A DNA stretch of 64,000 bases. Source: Mobula birostris. Its lineage: Eukaryota. The notes below the pieces were generated by a model that saw only the letters and a list, made by a program, of their open reading frames with translations, was not told the DNA's origin and did not search any database. Positions 35,164 through 48,464 of this stretch are shown piece by piece. The stretch is from contig NC_092399.1 in the NCBI RefSeq assembly GCF_030028105.1, positions 14,404,881 through 14,468,880 on the forward strand, in the 5' to 3' direction. The first letter of the stretch is position 1. The number at the start of each line of letters is the position of its first letter. The position numbers and the translations under genes were made by a program.

Positions 35164-38100
35164 TCTCTCTCTCTTTGCGTCTTCTCTCCCCCAGTCCAGA
35201 CTTAAATAGACGGAGGACCAGGGAGGCAACACAAGTATTGAGATCACGTGGCCCAGAGTACGTCGAATGCTAAAATACTGAAATAAAAACTAGAAATGTG
35301 AAGACTGACTGCGGGGATGGGGGGAAACAGACCTTGAGTCTGCCTGACCACCGCGTAGCCACATACACAAATCCCATTGTGTTCCCATTAATCCCCATTC
35401 GGATTCTACCACTGGCAAACAAGTGACAACTTCTAGCCTCCTCACCTTGTAGGTCCCAGATGCGAGGGCAAATGCACGGTGTTCCATTTTTTTTTGGAAA
35501 CGTAGTTGAAGCTGCTTCCTGTTATAAATGCTGCCTGACAAGGTTTCTCCAGGTGCCAGCATCTGCAGCCCCTTGTATGCCTCCTACTGTGTAAAACTGA
35601 ACTGGTGCCTATTGGGGGTCAGTGGGCTGGTCTTCAAAAAGCTAAACCATGTATAGAAAGACAGTGAGATGATATGCCCTGTTGGAGCACGTTGGACAGA
35701 GAGGTGAGTGAAGGAAGTGGCGAGAAATCTGTGGATTTAATTTTAGAAATGAAAGCGGGTAAAATTAGAAATAGGTTTTACACTTCTAAGAAATAATAAG
35801 GGAAGATTTGCAATGGGATGATATTCAAGAGAAATTAAATAAGGGATGATGCTAGGCAAAACAGGGCTAATGATGTAGGTTTTGAAAATGAAGTTCAAAG
35901 TAAATTTATTATCAAAGTATGTTTGTGTCATCATGTACTACCCTGAGCTTGCTTATTTATTGGGACACAGGATGGAATACGCTCTCCCAGCCCTTCGAGC
36001 CTTGCTGCCCAGCAACTGCTAGCCTAACTACGACCAATTAACCTACCAATGTGGGTGGGGAACTCCTGCGCAGTCACAGGGAGATCGTACAAGCTCCTTG
36101 CAGTCAGCAGCGGGGAATTGAACCTGGGTCGCTGGTACCGTGAGCTGTTGTGCTGACCGCTGTGTCGCCCTACACCGGGGGTGGGGGGGGGGACTGTGGG
36201 CATCGATCCTGCTGCCTCTCGTACGCTGAGCAAGTGTGCCGCCATTTGCAGGCAGCCACAATAGAACAAAGAAAGACAAATAGGATCAAAGAAAAACTGG
36301 ATGCAAGGACTGACAACCAACCAATGTGCAAAAGAAGTCTAATTTTGCGAATGAATAATCACATGTAGAGTCCTTGTAAGTGAATCCATTGGCTGTGGAA
36401 TCAGTTCAGTGTTGAGGCGGTGAAATTATCCACTCTGATTCAGCAGCCTGGTGGTGGATGTCCCTGAACCTGCTGATGTGGGACCCAAGGTTCCTCTACC
36501 TCCTTCCAGATGGCAGCAGCAAGAAGCGATGTCATTTGGAGGAAGTACAAGTGATGAAATGGTTACCAGGATGGCCTGGTTGAAAGTTGAGATGTTGGCC
36601 TTTGAGTATATATTCGCTGGAGAATTAATATGAAACATAACTGGGACAGAACGCAGATGTAAACCTGTTTCTTAAAGTCTGTTACCCAAACTGGGTAGGC
36701 TCGAGGAAGGTTGGAAATGTGTAGCTCCCAGTGGTTGATGGTTGGGCTGAGTAGTACTCAGATCTTGGTGATTTACTTGCAAACGTTTCATCACCGTCTG
36801 AGGAGACATCGTCAGCGCACTGATGGTGTCTCCTCGAATGGTGATGAAATGTTTGCAAATTGATTGCCAAGATTGCAGAAGGATAATGTGAAGTTGAGGG
36901 AAGATTATGGATTGGCAGCAATTTTTCCAGTTCAAGAGAGCGAGAACCAGAACTGGCACAATCATTGGTGAACTGTGGGGATGGGTGGGGAGAGTTGAAG
37001 GAGAAGACCTGAGTGTGAATGAAACAAAAAAATAATTTTGCCTTAGTGTCAGGAAGAATGAGGCATGGTGGATTTCCTTTGGAATTCTTTATTAGGGGTG
37101 AGGGAAAGGAGAGTTGGTAGAGGTGGACTGATCTACCCTGTGTCCGGAGAAGGTGGAATCTGCAAGGTGTAAATGAGGCTGGGAAGAGATCATTGTTAAA
37201 GTGATGGAAATTCACAGGAGCTGTTGAGGATGTATCTGGGAAAGGAATTGGAGAAAAGATGAGAAATGAATTGATGTAGAAATAAGCTTGGTGCAGCGAG
37301 GAAGTCTGAATGAATAAGCACCCCGTGCAGTTCGGTTGTGAACCCAGGGGAGGAGCAGAAACAAAGCATGCTGGGAATGTCTTGACTCAGAAAACTCTCT
37401 ACGGACATAAAGTCAGTGATCGTGTGGTTAGTGGTCAGGTGATGGTCTACAGAGAGATGGGTGGAAATCTTGCCTGATGCACAGTGGCTTCTCCCAGACC
37501 TTCAGACACTTGCCTCCAAATTTGTCTTCAGGCCAGTCTCCAAAAATCTTACATTTAATGGCCCTCCCTCTCCTGGCAAGCTATTGATCTGCCTCCAACC
37601 TCTTTCCCCTGAAACCCTTGAACACAGGTATCTCCTAAACCTGTGCGTTTCTTCCAGAACTCCATGCTTATTTCCCCCCCCCCACCCAAAGTCAGGCTTT
37701 CACCCTGCTTCAGTGTAGATGATCAACTCAATTTTGTGAGGCAAGAACTCCCAGCAGGCAAATCGAATGGCAGTGAGCCAGTATTTTGTGTCTGTAGTAC
37801 AGGGTCCAAAAAGTCCTGGAACCCTTCCAGGATTCAAACAACAAAATTTCAACTTGCTGTTCAAAATAATAATTGAGTTGTATTATGCATAATTATTTGC
37901 TTTGTCAAACCTCCAAGCATTTTTTTAGCTACTGTATATTCTAATCTTTCTGTGCAGACTATTCCTTAGCCATTTCAACCGGTTTTATTTTTTATCCAAT
38001 TCACAGATGCTTTTTGCTGGTAAAATACTGTGTTTCAACAGTTCATGCTGTGATATTTTTCGTAACTTTAAATTCAATGCTCTCTAATTATAAAGTGCAT

Positions 38101-39251
38101 ATCTACCCCTAATAATCCTCGAAGATGGCAAGGGATTTATTTTTTTCTCTTGTTATTTTCCTTCATTAGTTAAAGTTTATTGTTGTCATGGGAATACATA
38201 CCCAGCGGGGTATACGTGCCATGAAAATTAGCTTTTTGCAGCAGCACAATATGTTTCAAATCAGGGCAAACATTGATTAACAAACTAAAATTAACAAATT
38301 ATACATAACTTGCATGTTCAGAAAATAACAACATATGCTATGGAGAAGCAAAGAGCAAGGAAGGAGTCATTAAATGTTAAATTGGACTTCCTGGCGGGAA
38401 CCACAATGATTATTGACAATATGGTAACTTGTGCATTCAATAAAATTTTGCAATTTAACTAAAATCTTCCATTAGTTCAAATTTGCATGTTTATCTCACA
38501 CCTCTATTATTTAATGTACAGCATTGTACTTTATACTTTATTGTCACCAAAACAATTGATACTAGAATGTACAATCATCACAGCGATATTTGATTCTGTG
38601 CTTCGCGCTCCCTGGAGTACAAATCAATAGTAAATATTAAAAATTTAAATTATAAATCATAAATAAAAAATGGAAAGTAAGGTAGTGCAAAAATACCGAG
38701 AGGCAGGTCTGGATATTTGGAGGGTACGGCCCAGATCTGGGTCATTGTACAAAATACACACACACCTATACCTGTAGCTCGGGTGCCTAAAACTTTTGCA
38801 CAGTGCCGTACTTATCAATGTGGGCGGAGAGCGAGTTTGTAAATCTGCCGGGGGTAAAGGAAATTGGGAGTGGTGAGGGTGGAACGCTGCAGGACAGGTG
38901 ACAGAGAAGGAATGCTGGGGTGGGGGGTGGTGTGGCACAGGTGCAGACACACCCAGCCCTGAGACACCAGGCAAGGTAATTTAATCTCAAACAATTGGTT
39001 TATTGATCATTACAGAATGTCTCTCTGGTGCTTCCCGCTCCCTTGCCTCTCCCTTCCCCTTTTCCCAGCCATGATTTCCCTCTCCCTGACCCTTCCCACT
39101 GTCAGTGCACAATGGATACCCATATCAAAATCAAGTTTGTCATCACTCACGTACGTAATGAAATTAGTTTTTTTTGTGGCAGCAGTACAGTGCGATACAT
39201 AAAATTACTACAGCACTGCACTATGCAAGAAGCTTAGGCACCCTAGCTCTA

Positions 39252-39307
<56 letters not shown>

Positions 39308-42300
39308 CACACACCTAAGACTTTTGCACAATACTGTGATTGTAACAACATGCTAAATGGCTGGTGCCTCTACCACGTGTGCTTGGAAATCTTCTTCTTA
39401 TCCTTATTTCAAAATTTCATCTGAAATTTCTTGCACTGAATTGTATCTGTTTATCCTGTTTGGTATCAGATAATTTCAATATCCCTTCAGTGCTACAGAG
39501 ATCAAGAGTTATAGGTTCTCTTGTGAATTGTTTGTTAGTTTTAAAGTTTAACAAGATGCACTTCAGATGCAATAGAAGAATGGGGTGAATTGGAACCAGC
39601 AAGGTTTTCAGTTGCTACAAGTTTCACAATCGGTTTTCATTTGACGTTATTGAACTGCCAGCCTTCATGGTGATATGGAAATCTTCAATGATCAGCTCAG
39701 TGGCCCAGAAATAGTCACAGTCATACATTATTGATCCCGAGGGAAATTGGTTAATTCCAGTTGATTGGAAATCATTCTAGTGGTATTAAGACAGGCTATT
39801 TCAAGCAAAAGGGGGTGCCATAGCATAATTGTTTAACTACGTGTGGGATGTTCCTGTGAGGAGCTGGTATGGACATGAGTCAAATCTCCTGCATCCTTAA
39901 GCCCTCACAGGTCAGAATGTGATGAGCCAATCTTCAATCCATGGTTTGAAGTGGCTAGAAATCTCCAAATGGTTGTCATAATTGGGCTCTACAAGGTAAA
40001 TAACCAGATCTCCTGTTCTCCCTGGGCCTAGGTGCATATGGTTGTAAGGGAAATGGGCCAGGTTGTGCAAGGTTGAACCTTCTACCTGTGATTGTCGTTT
40101 TCCTGCCACCTCTTCCAACACTGACCTCTCACAGCCATGAGGCTCCAAACAACATTGACCTTGGTTCTCTGGCCGTCCTTTAGGCTGATCCTGCACCGCC
40201 GTCTTGAGAGCCTGTGCTGTAAAAGTCTGTTTCACATCTTAGTTGTCTCTGATATTCAGCACCGTTTTAAAACTACTTAAATGAAATGTTTTTAATTTTG
40301 TTTAAATGAAACAAAGAAAAGTAATTGTTTATCTACAACAACAAATTTCATGACATATGTCAGTGTTAGTAAACCTGATTCTGAACTTAACTTTTTAATG
40401 GAAGTTCATGACCTGTTGGATTAATGAGGCAGTGATCGATGGTGTCAAGTGTGTCCTGACCTTCCCTTTCCTAACAATGAGAAGCACTTGGACTTGAAGG
40501 AGAGTCGGGGGTGGACTGAGCTCAGGTGCAGTGGTGTAATGGTGTTGCTGCCTCTCTGCTCCAGGAGCCTGACCCACATGTCGAACACGGTCTGCTGCAT
40601 GACTTGTGTAGGGTGGGTTTCCTCCAGGTGCTCCCAATTTTCTCCCACACCCAAAAGGAACGCTAGTAGGTTAACTGAATGTTGTAGGCATCCCTGTGGA
40701 ATAGCTTAATGGCAAAAGGAACCTAAAGGCAGTTAGGCGTGTCTGAGAGAGACCGAGTTGCAAGAGTATAGGGAAAACGGGAATGGGGCTATGGGGTTAT
40801 TACTCGGAGAATCACGCGGAGCCAATGGGTTGAATGATCTCCTGTATTATTGTAAGATGCAGCCACGAGCATATTTTGTACTTTTGCATTGCATGTCACA
40901 GGCACGAACATCCGGAATGCACTGCAGCTAGTTAGTGGCCCTTGGTGTGATCTGGTCAAGTACACCTGACCTGGCTGAATAGGTCACTGATGCCTCTGCC
41001 CAGGTTTGCATGTGAATGAACACTTGGCTGAAGTATTGGATGACAGCTGCCTTTTGTTGGAAGTCTTACTTGTGCAAGGATTGCCTGTATTGAAAAGCCA
41101 AATACAGAGAACTTTTAAGTTTGATCCTTTTGACCTGATGAGGTGGGGGTCAAACCTGAGACTGGAGAACTGTGTCCCTGAGCTACATCTCCTCTAATTT
41201 TATTGGTTGTATTACAGGTCACCATGGCAGATTGGGCTGCAGCTGAGAGGGCATGTAAAGATCCCAATCCCATCATTGATGGAAGGAAAACTAACGTAAA
41301 TCTTGCTTACCTTGGGGCCAAACAGCGCACTGTACCTTCAGGTACTGTATGTTTAACAGTCTTTGGGATGTCATTGGGAACACAGTTTTGACTTGAGTTT
41401 GAATGTGGTTGGTTAGGTCACTTAACCTGGTATGGTTTCTCCTTTAATAAGCAAAGTTCAAGGTAAATTTATTATCAAACTATGTACATGTCACCATATA
41501 CGACCCTGAAATTTCATTTTTGTTGCGGGCATACTCAATAGAACAACAACCGTAATAGGATCAATGGAAGACCACACTAACTAGGGTCTTCTGCAACTGG
41601 GGTGTCCAAGAGACAACAAACTGTTCAATACGATAAAGAAAGAAATGATAATGTATAGATAAATAAACAAATATATGTGTGGCGCGTGGCCAAGTGGTTA
41701 GGGTGTTGGACTAGCAATCTGAAGGTTGTGGGTTCGAGCCCCAGCCGAGGCAGCGTGTTGTGTCTTTGAGCAGGACACTTAATCACACAGTGCTCCAGTC
41801 CACCCAGCTGAAAATGGGTACTGGCAAATGCTGGGGTTAACCTCGCGATAGACTGGCGTCCTATCCGGGGGAGGGGAAGGAGTCTCGTACTCTGTCGCTT
41901 CACGCCACAGAAACCAGCATAAGCACCGGCCTGATGAGCCTATAAAGGCTCGGGACAGACTTTAACTTAACTTTAAATAAGCAATAAATATCGAGAACAT
42001 GAGATAGAGTCCTTGAAATGAGTACGTAGGCTGTGGACTCTTCATCTTATATTCTTGATTATTTGTGTTTTTTTTTTTGTTTTCCCCAATTAGTTGTCTA
42101 CCCTCTTAAAGCAAACTGTAATGTTTTCCATCAATAATGACAACTTCCTGAATTTATGCAGTGCCAAGTTCTTGTGTTATTTCTCAACATAATATGGTTC
42201 TATTGTTCAGTTGCATCCTGACCTGTCAACATAAATTCAGTTCTTGGATACTGTTTGGGAACTGGTCTGTCTGATCTTGACATCCATTAAAATTTACTTC

Positions 42301-45300
42301 CCAGTAGAAAATTACTACTCCCTCTGTTTCTGGAAATCTACTCTCGCTATTATGAGCATGGCCAACAGTTTAAACTTAGTTTGCTCAAAGTAAATTTATT
42401 ATCAAAGTGCATAGGTGTCACCATATACAACACTGAGATTCATTTTCTTACAGGCTTACACAGTAAATCCAAGAACCATAATAGAATCGACGAAAGTCTG
42501 CACCCAACAGGGCGGACAAACAGCCAGTGTGCAAAAGACAACAACCTGTACAAATACAAAAGAAAAAAAAAGCAATAAATATCAAGAACATGAGATGAAG
42601 GGTCCTTGAACTGAGTCCATAGGTTATGGGAACAGTTCAGTGAATGGGCAAGTGAAATTGATCCCCACTGGTTCGAGAGCATGATGGTTGAGGGGTAGTG
42701 ACTGTTACTGAACGTGGTGGTGTGTGTCTTGAGGCTCCAGTACTACCTTCCTGATGGAAGCAGCAGGAAGAGAGCATGACCTGTATCCTGCGAGAGCATT
42801 CTGTGTAGGTGTGTTCGATGGCAGGGAGGACTTTGCTCAGGATGGACTGGGCCGTATCCACTTTTTTTTTTGTAAGATTTTCCATTCAGGAGCATTGGTG
42901 TTTCCATACCAGGCTGTGATGCAGCTGTTCAATATACTCTTTGTTACAAATCTATAGAAGTTTGTCAAAGTTTTAGATCTTCACAAATTTTAAAGGAATT
43001 GGATTTACTGTCGTGCTTTCTTTGTAAGTGCACTTGCATGCAGGGCCCAGGACAGGTCCTGAGGAACTTTTGAGTTCTTCCAGGTGCAGATCCATGGTCT
43101 TGCGAGACTAATAGATGCCACCCATATAATAATATATGTGTTTAACTTGATCAAGTGTAACAGATAGTAAAACAGGGTCTATTTTCAAATATATATGATT
43201 AATTAAAATAATGACTGGGAATTTACTGCTTTAAAAAGAGTAATGCATGCAGAGCATTTATTTGAGTGCAAATTGGACAATTGATTATGTACAGTTATTT
43301 AAAAACAAAAAACATGTTGTCTGAGATGCACAGAAAATGGATTAACCTACCCCCAAAATAGTAACTTATGTCTGGTTCCTCATTTGAATGTATTGTTCCT
43401 GTACTTGCAAATCAGGTTTGGAGCAGAAAATATGGACATTTCAGTCTCTTTTTTTAATTATTGGTAAGACAAAACCACTGTCAGCAACCCAATTTTCACT
43501 GAAAATTATTTTCTCTAAGTGAGGTAACCCCTGCTTCAAATTTTAATAATTTCAACATAAATAACCTTCATTTTATTTCATTTTGAGATTTTACTTGTAC
43601 TTCCTGGTTCTAAAATGAAATTGCAATCTGATACACAGTACTGTTCAAATAAATCCCAGAAACCCTGAGACCTCACTGGATCATCTTGATCTCTAACTTG
43701 TGTTAGTTTTGAATATAAAAGGTCATACCAGCCCTTATTCATGTAGTTTGTAATAAATACTACAGTAAATTCTGGTTGCTTTATTTTAAACAAGGCAAGG
43801 ATGATGCCAGCTAGACAACATTCATTGATGGAATCACTGATGATTGAACATTTACTCTGATGATGTTCCCTCATAATGCTGGACAAATATTCCCAAATTA
43901 CTGTCATTTATCCTGTTTGAACAAATAGTTATTTTGGGTAGTAAAACAAGTAATTTATATATAGAAAAATCAACTTGAAATTGTCCAACTTGTTCATTAA
44001 GTTTGTTGCGTTTTCAGAATCACTCCTAGAGTACCTGCTTTTTAATATCTCAATCAGGAATATTGGCAGGCTGAATTATCTAAAACATGGGTCCATTAAT
44101 AACTGATCATGGCTATAAGCTTGGGTTATGCGGTATGTATCAATTACTTTAAGTAGATGAAAGTATACTTGTGGATTGTGTGGTGGCACAGCTGTATACT
44201 GTTTCTGTTCTAGTGACCCAGCTTTGATTCTGATCCCAGGCGTAGTATGTGTGGTGTTTGAGTTTCCTCCGAATGCTTCCGTTTTTTCCCACATTCCCAA
44301 GGTGTGCTGGTTGGTAGGTTAATTGCCTACTGTAAATTGTATATCGTATAGGTAGGAGAATCGGGTGAATTAATGCACACGGAGAAATTGGGACGATCGT
44401 CGCTGACATAGCTTCATTGAGTAAGAAGTGTGTGGAAGAAAGGCAAGTTTTTAAAAAAAATCTCTTGCCTTTTACTTAAAATTGCTGTTCAAGTAGACTC
44501 TGTGTTCCCTGAAGCTCTTCCCATTTTTCTTCATGTCCTACATTGTATCTGGATGAATTTTAGGCTGCTTATTAGAAAATCTATCCTCTCTCTTTTTATG
44601 GCTTACTGAGGTACCGTCATCGAGAGATTTACAGCCCACCAAGACCACGATGATCTGCCGTCATTAACACTATTCAAATATTATTCCCACTTTTTTAATT
44701 AATCCTCACCCCATTCTCATCAGATCCCACCTTATTCTGTCACCAGCCTACATACCAGGGGCAATTAATGTACCAGTCCACACATCTTTGGGATATGGGA
44801 GGCAACCAGAGCACCTGGAGGAAAGCTGTTCCATTATAGAGAACATGGTCTCCATACAGATGACTGAACCTGGATGTCTGGCACCGTGAGGCAATATATT
44901 TCTGCTGAGTGTGCTAAGGTTCTGCCCTTGATACATGGTTTAACAATGGCAATTTAATACCTTGGGCAAGTGACCCAGGTGGCAATGAGCTACCTGATCA
45001 TAGTGCACGGGGCATCACTATTCGGTTCAATTCCATTACCACTGCTGGTGTTCATAGGTCAGTGAATAAAGGTCAGGAAACCCAATGCATTGAAGTACCA
45101 AAAAACTAACAGAATCCAATTGAGATGTTTGTTTGTACTTTGGACCTACTATGGCCTAAATTTGATCTCTACACAGGTTAACAAAGAACTGGTTTATTAA
45201 TACACTTTTCTCCTTTTTTTTAAAAAAAACTTAAATCAGGAAGTCTTGGTCTACAAGTTCACTCAGCTCTGATGCAGAGACCTTATGGGTAAGCATTTTA

Positions 45301-46542
45301 CTTGTTGTGAGCCAATCTGAAATACAAAACCTGTTAAGAGAAGAGAGCTTTTATTTAGCTTGCTTTAAAAATCTGGTGCTATGAGAGAAGATTCATACAG
45401 CAGTGCCAGAAATGGATGGGTAACCATTATCAATACACGTGCAGATTTGGTGAAGCTGATTAGAATTGGGCTATTTCAACTATTGACAGGACCACAAATG
45501 CATTGGAATGATGCTGATTTTGAAGAGAGTTTATAAGTTTGCCCTAATGTGAGTACTTCTCCCCCTGAAGAAATGAAAAATTATCCTTTTATATATTTTC
45601 TGAAACTGAATTGGAGAAGATCCTCCGTACACATGTTAAGCAAAAGCAAACTTTTTGATTTCAAAAAGGCGGAGTTAAATATATCAATGAAGCATGGTTA
45701 GATGTTTTATTTTCCCATCACTTATTTCTCAGTGTATACTGAGGTTGACTTGAACTTCTATGATCTCCTCTTCCATCTGGTTCTGTAAGTTTATTATATG
45801 CAGTGTTCTAAGATGCCTAATATAAAATGGAAACGGATGTAAATTCCAGGAATCAATCCTGATACTCTCTCAAGTCTAGCAGGTTTCACAGGATAAAAGA
45901 GGTATATACTTCTTTCCAACTTTAACACACTTCCAGAAAAGCTTAATTTAAATTGGTGTCTTTTGCATTAGTGTTGTGTTCCATAGCACATGGGGTGAAG
46001 TTTGAACCCATAACTCAAAGATTCCAGTACTATCAGTGAGCAAGCTGACAGTGTACGAAAGTGATTAGCAAGTTAAGACACAAATTTGTGCAATAATTTA
46101 ATAATGCCATAGCATCACTTTGCTGTACAACTTTGAAATAATTCCCAGGAGTACACTGATCTTGGTAAAAGCCTTTAAATGGGAGATTTCTCATCTTGGA
46201 TTTTATGTTATCTGCATGTTCTTTTTTTTTCTCTCTGTCTCCAATAAGATTATTAATACTCTTAACCTTTTATCAACCTATTCCAGAGTTGGACCATACC
46301 TGATCCCACAGACCATCATTCAACCTGGCTTGGTTCTACCCTCCACCTCGTACCTGGAATCCAGTGTAGCCTTGTATGCACAGTATCCTGCGTATGAACA
46401 ACTCTACCCAGTTTCTTCTCATTATCCCAATCCTGGTTACACCTACACAGTACAACTTCCATTACAGACTGGAATTCCAAACTTAAGCCAAGTTCAGCAC
46501 GAGCCAACAATACTGCACACGGCTGGTCTTCAGAGACGATAA
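34819..46542 (+). CDS. RBM24/RBM38-family single-RRM RNA-binding protein, full gene: join(34819-34977,41218-41341,45240-45288,46287-46542), 195 aa
   Basis: RNP2 LFVGGL, RNP1 RGYGFVTM and family signature [26 protein letters not shown]; GT-AG introns with consistent phases (0,1,2); 588 nt including stop. Too divergent to call RBM24 or RBM38. Confidence 0.9.
35137..35176. repeat. (CA)n(CT)n microsatellite
   Basis: Directly visible. Confidence 0.9.
36762..36873. repeat. 112-bp inverted repeat made of two head-to-head hammerhead-like PLE termini
   Basis: Arms 36762-36815 and 36820-36873 match at 43/54 by hand count; each arm carries CTGAYGR...GAAAYGTT. Confidence 0.8.
38530..38742 (-). mobile_element. 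Young retroposon 3' end with 8-bp TSD
   Basis: cattgtac at 38522-38529 and 38743-38750; homologous to 29940-30215. Confidence 0.72.
39211..39338. mobile_element. Tc1/mariner-type MITE with an internal (TA)n microsatellite
   Basis: Imperfect TIRs (…tgcaagaagcttaggcac / cctaagacttttgcacaatactg) around (TA)n at ~39256-39301. Confidence 0.6.
41218..41341 (+). CDS. RBM24/38-like coding exon 2
   Basis: [41 protein letters not shown]; ttacag / gtactg; 124 nt. Confidence 0.93.
41680..41975 (+). mobile_element. tRNA-head SINE (second family)
   Basis: ggcgcgtggccaagtggttaggg...gggttcgagcccc head; (ttaac)n tail; nested in an older LINE tail. Confidence 0.75.
42385..43040 (-). mobile_element. Decayed Rex1/Babar-like LINE 3' part
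   Basis: Same family features as 30240-31450; tail tcaaagtaaatttattatcaaag. Confidence 0.6.
45240..45288 (+). CDS. RBM24/38-like coding exon 3 (49 nt)
   Basis: (G)[15 protein letters not shown](G) aligns to RBM24 GFAFGVQQLHPALIQRPFG; aatcag / gtaagc; phases fit both neighbouring exons. Confidence 0.85.
46287..46542 (+). CDS. RBM24/38-like last coding exon
   Basis: [18 protein letters not shown]...[12 protein letters not shown]...GYTYTVQ...LQRR*; ttccag acceptor. Confidence 0.85.
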
Positions 46543-47335
46543 AATTGTGGTTGCTTTTCATGTATCGTTTACCTGTCTTCAGAGGAACTTTTAATATTGC
46601 TGGTTTCCATGTATGCTGTACCAGTTGGACCTGCTGCCGTTGCATTGGTATTGAGAATAGTACTTTTTTAAAGTTTTTAAAGAAAAAAAAAACATCCAAA
46701 ATAGAGGAAAGTCCAAGAAATTGTTATACCTACTGGTTCAATTTCCTCTTTCTTATTCTCCCTCCTTCCAGGAATCCTGGAAGTAAAACCTTTTGTGTAT
46801 TTCTGATCATTGTTGTCTTTCCCATCTGAAGGGTAAAAGTCAGCACCGAAGGGTCTTGTATTGGAAATGTATTTATTATGTGGCACAGAGGGGGAAGAAA
46901 AGCCAGAAGGCTATGGGGATTTAGTGGGTAGCTAGCCAGCCAGCCCCCCCCCCCCCCCCACTCGACCAGTGTCAGCTAATATCAGCTAAATGTTTAAAGG
47001 AATTTGATGTCACTCAAACTGTAACAATCAGTGACAAAGGGGGGGGGGGAATGTAATATTTCTACCATTGTAATCTTACATTAAAAAAAATTTGTAGAAA
47101 CCTTTCAAATGCTTACATGGCAGACACAGACCTCAATATTAGGGATTGTTGTGTTGCAATTCCATAATTAACTCAGGATTTTTGTAGAATTGGAACTTTT
47201 ATACTTCCGGAATTTCTGTGTCCTGCATGGAAAGATTTTTGGGAGTTCTTTTGCTTGGATCTGCCATGCATCTAGCCAGTCCACGGTATCTGGTAAAATG
47301 AAGCTGAGGTAATTTATGAATTGAAGCAATGGATC

Positions 47336-47341
47336 AATAAA
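47336..47341 (+). terminator. Candidate poly(A) signal of the RBM24/38-like gene
   Basis: AATAAA ~800 nt after the stop, followed by a GU/U-rich run at ~47354-47372. Confidence 0.6.
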
Positions 47342-48464
47342 TCACTGCTTGAAGGTTGTTTTTTTTTTTTTGCTCTCTATGAGTAACAAATTACCCAGTA
47401 AATATTTATGAACCAAATCTAGTTAACCTGTCATTTGGTAGGAATGTACAAAATGTAGTCTATTTCCCATATGTAACTGTATAAATTTGTTTAGCGTATA
47501 TTATTAGAGATAAACTAATGCAAAATGCCGCCAGTGCAGATATCTATCAACATAATCCCTGATGCCAATAGAACATGACTTTGTGCCAACCATATCTGAG
47601 GTATGTTGTTGGGAACAGGTACTATGAGGGTGCTTACTCTAAACAGAAAATTGGTACATCATTTTGTAATGCTGAACCATCAGACTGTTAAATATCATTA
47701 CATTCTGAACTAATTTCTGACCAGATCTTTGTACCATGGAATATTAAAAATATCATTATGGCAAAAAAGGAGTTGTACAGTGTGTTTACTGGAACTTTAC
47801 AAGAGCCACAGGGTCCAGATTAACTTGACTGATTTTTGCTCGGTTCTCAAACAAACAAATGGGGCTTCCAACACTCTTCTTTAACTTTCAACATCGGGAG
47901 TGATTTTGTGTGTAAAAATAACTGAGGGGTAATTGAAGATACACTTAGCAGTACAAATTGTAAGCCTCAGCAAACCAGTGTCTTTGCTTAATCAGTCACT
48001 GGCTCTGGGTGGAAATGTGGAGAAAGGGACAAAAGCTATATATTATTGGGGGGGGGAAGAATTCTCCTGTCTACAATTCCTGTTTGTAGTTAAATTGTAG
48101 GTGAAAAATATATACACTACAATTCACAGTTAACTACTACCACAAAGTAACGACGATAACCCTTTAGAAGTACATCTTCAGTCTTAAGATTCTTTTGGTT
48201 CTGCATGCTTCATGTATCCCCAAACAGCTTCATTTTTTTGATCTTTTATTTCCCTTATGAGTTAGTTGACTTTCTCCAGTCTGGTTTGTAGGTAGTCGGG
48301 AATGTTTTACCTTGTATGTTAGTAACATATTATTCAAGAACTGCTACTTCACTTGCAGTGGAGCCTCTGTCTCCGTTCCAGTAACTAGAATTCAGTCCTG
48401 ACCATCTCCAATGTAGTGTGGAGGTTTTCCACATTGGATTTCCTCCAGATGTTCCAGTTTCTGC

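Noticed and set aside
34978-35205. C-terminal part of the 128-aa ORF 34819-35205
   Set aside because: Read-through into intron 1 past the GTGAGT donor; the TH-repeat comes from the (CA)n microsatellite.
41680-41750. tRNA gene (also 31465-31535 and other SINE heads)
   Set aside because: The tRNA-like head runs on into a SINE body and tail; related copies are dispersed and I could not build a clean cloverleaf.
34819-46542. Naming the RRM gene RBM24 or RBM38, or calling it a pseudogene
   Set aside because: It is too divergent from either highly conserved ortholog to name, while the intact frame, splice sites and CpG-rich promoter argue against a pseudogene.
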